Origin: Clostridiaceae bacterium
GTDB lineage: Bacteria; Bacillota; Clostridia; Christensenellales; CAG-917
Direction of reading: 5' to 3'
Length of the DNA stretch: 64,000 nt
Assembly (NCBI GenBank): GCA_031289315.1
Contig: JAITPR010000051.1
Coordinates: 6,426 to 70,425, forward strand
The notes beneath the pieces are model-generated. The model had not been told where the DNA came from. It saw only the letters and a list, made by a program, of their open reading frames with translations, and did no database searches. Shown here in pieces: positions 58,345 through 64,000 of the stretch (position 1 is the first letter of the stretch; the number at the start of each line of letters is the position of its first letter). The position numbers and the translations under genes were made by a program.

Positions 58345-59892
58345 ATGAGCATTTTGACTATCAATAATTTAACGCACACGTTTGACGGCAACGTAATTTT
58401 CGAAGGAGCGTGCTTGAGCGTCAACAACGGGGAACATACCGGTATTGTGGGGCTTAACGGCGCGGGCAAGAGTACATTCATGAACATTCTCACCGGGCGG
58501 CTAATTCAGGACGACGGCGAGGTTAAGTGGCTTAACGGTATCAAGCGCGGCTATTTGGATCAGCACGCCGACATCGACCGCAACCAAACCGTTATGGAAT
58601 ACCTGCAAAGCTCGTTCAAACAGCTTTACGCGCTCAACGACCGCCTGGAACAGGTATACACCTCCATGGAAACGGAAAGGGACGCAGACGCTTTGGACGC
58701 CTTGATTTCGCGTTCCGCTTCCATGTTGGACGAGCTCACAAAAGAGGGCTTTTTTGAGCTAGATAGCGAGATTAAAAAGGTAGGCAACGGGTTGGGTATC
58801 GGCGCGATTGGATACGATACGCCCATAGCGATTTTGAGCGGCGGGCAGCGCGCCAAGGTAATGTTGGCAAGCTTGTTGCTTTCCGATTACGACATTCTGC
58901 TGTTGGATGAGCCGACGAACTTCCTTGATGTCGAACACATAAAGTGGTTGACCGACTATATAAATACGTATAAAAGCACGGTATTGGTGATTTCACACGA
59001 TACGGATTTTTTGAATAGCGTTTCACGCAACATTATAAGCGTGGAGGGACATGGCATAAAGAAGTATTCCGGCGATTACAATAGATTTTTGGCGGCTAGC
59101 GAAATCAACGCTAAACAGCATGAGGAAAGCTTTGAGCGTCAGCAACAGCAAATAAAAAAGCTGGAGGAGTTTATCTCAAAAAACAAAGCGCGCGCCGCGA
59201 CCGCCGGGATGGCGAATTCCCGAAAGAAACAACTAGATAAGTTGGAAATAATATCCAAACCCACGGTAATTTACCCTGCTGTTTTTCGCTTTCCTTACGT
59301 CAATACGCACTCCAATGAAATTTTGGAGGTTAAGGATTTGGTTATCGGCTACAACAATAAGCCGCTGTTGCCGCCCATAAGCTTCAAGATGAGCAGTGAA
59401 ACTAAGTTGCTTATCCGTGGCACAAACGGTATCGGTAAAAGCACTCTACTTAAAACATTGTTGCGCCGAATTCCGGCGATTTCCGGTTTCGGCAGTTTTC
59501 ACATCAATGCCAAAACTCTCTATTTGGAGCAAGATTTGGAGTTTTATAACGAAGAGGAGAGTGCGGTGGCGTATATCACGCGTTGTTATCCGCGCTTAGA
59601 TTCAAAGGCGGTACGCACGCAACTGGGCGGCGTAGGAATAAAAAACGACCTTGCCACAAAGCCGATTTGTAATCTTAGCGGAGGGGAGCAGGTAAAGGTG
59701 AAGCTGTGCGCGCTCATGCAAAAGGAAAGTAATTTTCTGTTGCTGGACGAGCCGACGAACCACTTAGACATAAAGGCTAAGGAAAGCCTTGCGGAAGCGC
59801 TTATTGGCTATGGCGGCGCCGTAATTTTAGTTACGCACGAACGCGCTTTCGCCGACAAGGTTTGCAACGACGTCCTTGACTGGGGCTGCTGA
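58345..59892 (+). CDS. ABC-F family ATP-binding protein
   Basis: Two ABC cassettes (GLNGAGKST, LSGGQ, LLLDEPTN; GTNGIGKST, LSGGE), no TM segments. Confidence 0.93.
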   Translation: MSILTINNLTHTFDGNVIFEGACLSVNNGEHTGIVGLNGAGKSTFMNILTGRLIQDDGEVKWLNGIKRGYLDQHADIDRNQTVMEYLQSSFKQLYALNDRLEQVYTSMETERDADALDALISRSASMLDELTKEGFFELDSEIKKVGNGLGIGAIGYDTPIAILSGGQRAKVMLASLLLSDYDILLLDEPTNFLDVEHIKWLTDYINTYKSTVLVISHDTDFLNSVSRNIISVEGHGIKKYSGDYNRFLAASEINAKQHEESFERQQQQIKKLEEFISKNKARAATAGMANSRKKQLDKLEIISKPTVIYPAVFRFPYVNTHSNEILEVKDLVIGYNNKPLLPPISFKMSSETKLLIRGTNGIGKSTLLKTLLRRIPAISGFGSFHINAKTLYLEQDLEFYNEEESAVAYITRCYPRLDSKAVRTQLGGVGIKNDLATKPICNLSGGEQVKVKLCALMQKESNFLLLDEPTNHLDIKAKESLAEALIGYGGAVILVTHERAFADKVCNDVLDWGC

Positions 59893-59916
59893 ATAGATAC
59901 ACGGGAGGATAATAAA

Positions 59917-60537
59917 ATGTCAAAATTATACGATAAGAACAAGGACCAATTACTTGTATATATGGAAAGCAATGGACACAAGCCGGGCGAAAAAGAAGCC
60001 GCCCTAGACACTGTAGCTAATCCTAGTATGGACTATGACCCGTCGGATAAGGACAAGTTAGCGAAGATGATACATAACGGCAATCGTCCCTTTGGCGGAA
60101 AATCCAAGGGAGTCGTGTTTACGGAGTTTGCCAACCGTTGCGTGTTTCACGATGGCAAGACCGCCAAGGATGCGGACATTTTTGCCGACGCGGGACTATT
60201 GCATGAAACGGGGAGGAGTGCAGTATATTCCCTTAATAAAAAACCGGAGGTTGGAACGGTTTTGCGTATAGGCATAGCATTAAGGCTGTCTACAACAGAA
60301 ATGGAAGATTGGGCGGAGCTGTTTGACAAGTCCTTTACATATGACCCGCTGGACTGTGTTTTGCGTGTATTTATGGAGCAAGAAGCGTACACGAAGCAGC
60401 TTTCATGGGGGCATAAAGATTATGTTCGCGGTAAAATATGGTATAAGCTCTACGAGTTTGCGGAAGCCGCACAAGTCGATTTTCCCACCGTAAATTCGCA
60501 ACTGTTGCTTACCCGGAACGAGAGGAAAGATACTTAG
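59917..60537 (+). CDS. Hypothetical XRE-like HTH protein, similar to the C-terminus of 15156-16406
   Basis: KKPEVGTVLRIGIALRLS...KSFTYDPLD.VLRVFMEQEAY; GGGAGG RBS. Confidence 0.65.
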   Translation: MSKLYDKNKDQLLVYMESNGHKPGEKEAALDTVANPSMDYDPSDKDKLAKMIHNGNRPFGGKSKGVVFTEFANRCVFHDGKTAKDADIFADAGLLHETGRSAVYSLNKKPEVGTVLRIGIALRLSTTEMEDWAELFDKSFTYDPLDCVLRVFMEQEAYTKQLSWGHKDYVRGKIWYKLYEFAEAAQVDFPTVNSQLLLTRNERKDT

Positions 60538-60567
60538 AAACCAAACGAAAGGGAGATACTTAGAAAC

Positions 60568-60622
60568 CGAATTAAAAAGCGGGGGTGTGTAAAATTTTTG
60601 CACACCCCCGCTTTTTAATTCG
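60568..60622. terminator. Bidirectional terminator (22-bp perfect inverted repeat)
   Basis: CGAATTAAAAAGCGGGGGTGTG ... CACACCCCCGCTTTTTAATTCG between convergent genes. Confidence 0.85.
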
Positions 60623-60708
60623 CAGGAGCAAAACTATAGTTGTTAAAGGTTTATTGCCGAAGCAACATCTATAATTGTGAAAGGTTTGTCATCGTGGCGA
60701 GGCCGGAA

Positions 60709-61812
60709 TTAGGCAATTTCGTACATGGACGGGATTGCGTAATTGAAGCTCATCGCCATTAAGCTAACGTATTCGTTTTTCAGTTCGGGCTTAACCGTTC
60801 CCTTAATCGCGTTGAGGAGGAGCGCACGTCCGGGCTGTACGTAGTCGTACGTAATCATATCAAAGCCGAAACCCGCTATGTTGTTTAGGAGCGCGGGGTT
60901 TTCTTCAAGGTAGCGCATGAAAGTTTCGAAGCTCTCTCTGTCGTACAGCATATATTCAAGCGGAGTGATTTTTTTAATGCCTGAGCCTTCGCCGGTACTG
61001 CGTCCGAAACCCGGTAACAGGTGTGCGCCAACGTCGGGAGAGCCTACCAAATCGTGTAAATATTGGTACATTGCCGGTCCGTCTTCAAGGTGGGGAAAAT
61101 CAGCGCCGCCCATCGTGCCGTTTCGGGGGGAGCGTCCAGAGTTATACGCGGGGTCGCACCAGTCGCTACTTATCATGAAATTCTTGCCGGATTCGCGCAT
61201 TTCTTTCATGGTTATTGTCTCTAAGTCGGTGCCTGCCGGAAAAGCGTATTTTTCCGGCTCCAAATATGTATTGATTTTGCTTTTTACGTATTCGACATCT
61301 TCCTCCGACAGATAGGTTTCGGATCTGCTTTCCCATACTAAGTCTATTTCGATGAATTCCGACGGGTGTTCGTCGCGGAATTGCCGCATATCCCGTAAAG
61401 CGCTCTCAAGAGAAATTTCGGATATTCCAACCCCGTGCGCGAAGTAAATCACTCCGTCACCCTTTCCGGTATAGCTAGAGCGCGCCACTCTAAGGTCGAA
61501 GCTGCGAACTCCGTAGTTGAGTTGTGTGTAAATGGGATCCTTCTGGCAATCCAAAAACGTCGTTTTCAAAGCCATGACATGAGAATTTACTATGCCCGCG
61601 TCGTGTGAGTGCAGTTTAATTGTATCCACATAACGCACGTCGTCGCGAAGATACGACATATACTCCGAATAAATTGACGGTCCTTCTTCTTCTTCTTTCT
61701 TTTCGATGTGACTTATAAAAACTATGGAAAGACCGAGGGTCAGCGCCAACAATATCACGATTAACGCAATCGGAACTACGCGTCTTAAAACAATATCTTT
61801 TTCTCGTTTCAT
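60709..61812 (-). CDS. Membrane-anchored PI-PLC X-domain (PLC-like phosphodiesterase) protein
   Basis: N-terminal TM helix; SHDAG, CQ...IYTQLNYGVRSFDLR, AHG, F..EHPSEFI. Confidence 0.8.
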   Translation of the reverse strand: MKREKDIVLRRVVPIALIVILLALTLGLSIVFISHIEKKEEEEGPSIYSEYMSYLRDDVRYVDTIKLHSHDAGIVNSHVMALKTTFLDCQKDPIYTQLNYGVRSFDLRVARSSYTGKGDGVIYFAHGVGISEISLESALRDMRQFRDEHPSEFIEIDLVWESRSETYLSEEDVEYVKSKINTYLEPEKYAFPAGTDLETITMKEMRESGKNFMISSDWCDPAYNSGRSPRNGTMGGADFPHLEDGPAMYQYLHDLVGSPDVGAHLLPGFGRSTGEGSGIKKITPLEYMLYDRESFETFMRYLEENPALLNNIAGFGFDMITYDYVQPGRALLLNAIKGTVKPELKNEYVSLMAMSFNYAIPSMYEIA

Positions 61813-62005
61813 AATGATATACCTCTATATAACCTTATAAAGTAAAATGTCGAAAAATGCAAAATTTTACCTTACGCAGATTTTCTCCGCTTGCATTAAA
61901 TTATAACTGAAAATGTCAATGAATGCAATATGAAACATGAAAAAAAATAAAAATACAATAAATGCGTTACGATTTACGTGTTATTTTTAGATTGAAAGGC
62001 GTAAA

Positions 62006-62530
62006 TTAGTCCTTTAGACACATCAGCAACAGAATAATCGATTTTGCGTCGCGGAGTTTGCCGGATTTTATCATGGCAAGCGCTTCGCTTACGGGTAATT
62101 TTATTATGTTTAAGAACTCGTCGTCGTCGGGGTGAACCGGAGCTTCCGACAGCCCCTCCGCACGGAAAAGGTACAGCTTTTCGTTGTTATAACCGGGAGT
62201 GGGGTACACCGTCGTGACAAGCTCCGCCCGTTCGGCTTTAAGACCGACCTCCTCCGTAAGCTCCCGCAGTGCCGCGTGTTCCGGATTTTCTCCGTATTCA
62301 AGCTTACCCGCGGGAAGCTCTAAAAGCGTTTCGCCGTAGGGATAGCGGAACTGCTCCACAAAATAAACCAGTCCGTCCTTAACCGCAAGGATACAGGCTC
62401 CCCCCGGATGCTCAACCAGTTCGCGCACGGCGGTATTTCCGTTGGGTAGCAGTACATCGTCGCGGCGTAAATTTATTATCTTACCGCTGTAAACGGTGTT
62501 CTTTTTTATGGTTTTCTCTTCAAGTCGCAT
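62006..62530 (-). CDS. nudF: NUDIX hydrolase, ADP-ribose pyrophosphatase-like
   Basis: Nudix box GKLEYGENPEHAALRELTEEVG; REL.EHPGG, QFRYP, TPG, DDDEFL, DAKS. Confidence 0.85.
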   Translation of the reverse strand: MRLEEKTIKKNTVYSGKIINLRRDDVLLPNGNTAVRELVEHPGGACILAVKDGLVYFVEQFRYPYGETLLELPAGKLEYGENPEHAALRELTEEVGLKAERAELVTTVYPTPGYNNEKLYLFRAEGLSEAPVHPDDDEFLNIIKLPVSEALAMIKSGKLRDAKSIILLLMCLKD

Positions 62531-62660
62531 AGGTTAATAGTTTTTTAAAACGCGTAGGTGTTGCCACGAAAGGCAATAAGATATTTTTTGCTAAAGGTTT
62601 GCGGTGTTTACTCTAAAAGGCATTCGGTGTTTCTACCGCAAGGCAATAGGTATCTCTGTT

Positions 62661-63530
62661 TTACCTTTTTTTGCCGAAGAAGCCAATTCTATCATAAGCT
62701 TGATATTTTTTACGTATCACTTCCGCATAATCCGGTTCTATTTGCGCCAGATAGGAAAAGCGCCCCTTTATTACCGATTTATCACCTTCGTCCTTAAGTA
62801 ACAGCTTATAGATGTCGCCCTTCAGCGTCTTCTTATAAGTCGTACCCACGGACAGCTTTCCTTTATCGGTAATTATAATTCCGGTGACTTGCTTTCGTGA
62901 GGACATGCAATAGGTTTTATTCGGATTAAGAGAAAAGCCCGCCGCTTTGACCGCCGCTTCGGCTTGCGATATGAAAACCTTCTGTATGTAGCGACGCGAC
63001 GAGAAAATCATATCGTCCGCGTAGCGCGTGTATTTGACGAAAAACGACAGCGAACCCAACTTTTTATCTAGCCCGTACAGGACGCGGTTGGCTACGAACG
63101 GCGAAGCCGGAGAACCTATAGGTAGACCGTCGTTAAAGGATATTATATTCCAAACCATGTCCAAATCCGCTGCGGCAAAAACTTTTTTATAGGTTTCCAT
63201 GAACATGCGCCTGCTTACGGAAGGGAAAAAATCCTTGATGTCCAAATGCAACAAATGTTTTCCGCGCGCGTGTTTTTGGGCGTTTCGTTTTACCGAACAG
63301 CCTTTTTCGTACGCCGCGACATACTTCCCGGCGGGTATGCGTTGGAGATACGGCAAGACAATCCTTATTGCGCTTAGCAATTGCGGACGCGGCTTGCAGA
63401 TTTCGCGGGAGCCGCCGCTTTGCTTCTTAATGTAATAAACGTCGTAGAAAGCCCGTGAATTAACTAAAATACTCTCCAGGGTTTCCGCCCCTAAAACGTT
63501 TTCCAGCGTGCGCCGTAACTCGGTTGCCAT
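62661..63530 (-). CDS. Retron-type reverse transcriptase
   Basis: KKQSGGSREICKP, NAQKH (NAxxH), LDIKDFFPS, GLPIGSPASP, YTRYADD, LNPNKT, QVTG; GAGGGGGAG RBS. Confidence 0.9.
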   Translation of the reverse strand: MATELRRTLENVLGAETLESILVNSRAFYDVYYIKKQSGGSREICKPRPQLLSAIRIVLPYLQRIPAGKYVAAYEKGCSVKRNAQKHARGKHLLHLDIKDFFPSVSRRMFMETYKKVFAAADLDMVWNIISFNDGLPIGSPASPFVANRVLYGLDKKLGSLSFFVKYTRYADDMIFSSRRYIQKVFISQAEAAVKAAGFSLNPNKTYCMSSRKQVTGIIITDKGKLSVGTTYKKTLKGDIYKLLLKDEGDKSVIKGRFSYLAQIEPDYAEVIRKKYQAYDRIGFFGKKR

Positions 63531-63648
63531 AAGTTGATCTCCCCCTCTGCGGACGGATTATATAAAAAAACGCTTGCCGGTCTGCCGTTTTGAGCATGAT
63601 AACCGCCCACGCAACAGAACAGCGAAGCGTCCCGTAAAAGACAAAAAA

Positions 63649-63761
63649 GGATTTCCGCAAATGGGAAAACCGCATTTATGCGGTTTTCTTATTTCACTGA
63701 CCGTCTATACTGTCCTTGCTTACACAAGGCTTGCCCGATTAAGGGTAGTTTCCGGAAATCC
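63649..63761 (-). ncRNA. Retron msr-msd non-coding RNA
   Basis: Inverted repeats GGATTTCCG (63649-63657) / CGGAAATCC (63753-63761); unpaired G at 63752; two small msr hairpins; 17-bp msd stem 63659-63694. Confidence 0.8.
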
Positions 63762-63767
63762 ATATTC

Positions 63768-63796
63768 ATTATACAACGGCTCGGTGGAAATTGCAA
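63768..63796 (-). promoter_or_regulatory. sigmaA-like promoter of the retron
   Basis: Minus strand TTGCAA-17 bp-TATAAT, ending 6 bp before the first inverted repeat. Confidence 0.8.
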
Positions 63797-63866
63797 TAGT
63801 TTTTTATAAAAACTTAAATTGAGCCGTACAATGTAGCCGTAAACGGATTTATTAATAAGACCCGGC

Positions 63867-64000
63867 TTATTTAGGAATATAGCCGAACCTTTCGCAGTTA
63901 GCCAACCACCCCGCCGCATTTACAACGTATCTATCAGTACCGGCGCTGTCCCAGTCGTAGAATAATCTAGTAAACCCTCCGTCTATCAAGCAACGCCTGC
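63867..64000 (-). CDS. 3' end of a CDS running off the window (unknown, possibly GATase-like fold)
   Basis: Hand translation RRCLIDGGFTRLFYDWDSAGTDRYVVNAAGWLANCERFGYIPK*; not in the ORF track because the start lies outside the window. Confidence 0.6.
   Translation of the reverse strand, partial: RRCLIDGGFTRLFYDWDSAGTDRYVVNAAGWLANCERFGYIPK

Noticed and set aside
22752-63530. Diversity-generating retroelement (RT plus FGE-domain target)
   Set aside because: The RT has retron motifs (NAxxH, VTG) and its own msr-msd. No TR/VR pair with adenine-specific mismatches was seen, and the 91-bp repeat is identical and outside the FGE gene.
62661-63530. Group II intron
   Set aside because: The RT is only 289 aa with no maturase or endonuclease domain, and no intron domain V/VI structure was seen downstream.
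63659-63694. Simple terminator explanation for the long hairpin
   Set aside because: It lies downstream of a promoter and is nested within the 9-bp inverted repeats along with two small hairpins, which fits msd better.
63460-63919. Short ORFs 63460-63675, 63574-63822 and 63689-63919 as retron effectors
   Set aside because: They overlap the ncRNA, promoter or RT start and show no convincing RBS or motif.

Overview
Chromosomal window from an endospore-forming Bacillota (Clostridia-like; sleB, ypeB, spoIIR, ricT/yaaT, spo0J-type parB), inferred from gene content only. Housekeeping genes occupy about 1-8 kb and 36-62.5 kb. Between ricT/yaaT and luxS lies a roughly 27.6-kb accessory locus, entirely on the minus strand and with no visible integrase. 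In transcription order it contains: a sigmaA-like promoter; a tandemly duplicated leader with two GNRA hairpins per unit; a LoaP-type NusG paralog; three vWA genes (four vWA domains); a Ser/Thr kinase; a 1266-aa PP2C-like phosphatase that shares an unnamed ~60-aa repeat with the kinase; an AT-rich 5-kb cassette (degenerate NACHT+FGE-sulfatase protein plus two unknowns) flanked by a perfect 91-bp direct repeat; a zincin; a second PP2C; an HTH protein; an extra ClpP; a YgjP/M48 protein; a Sel1 + degenerate Lon-type AAA protein; a soluble orphan VirD4-like ATPase; and an acidic unknown. It resembles a greatly expanded, antiterminator-controlled relative of the TerY-P vWA/kinase/phosphatase triad and is the best candidate for an undescribed system. 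At the right end is a retron (RT plus readable msr-msd with its own promoter) with no recognisable effector. A short cas-less CRISPR-like array and several dispersed or tandem repeat families are also present. All calls come from motif reading; no database searches were run.
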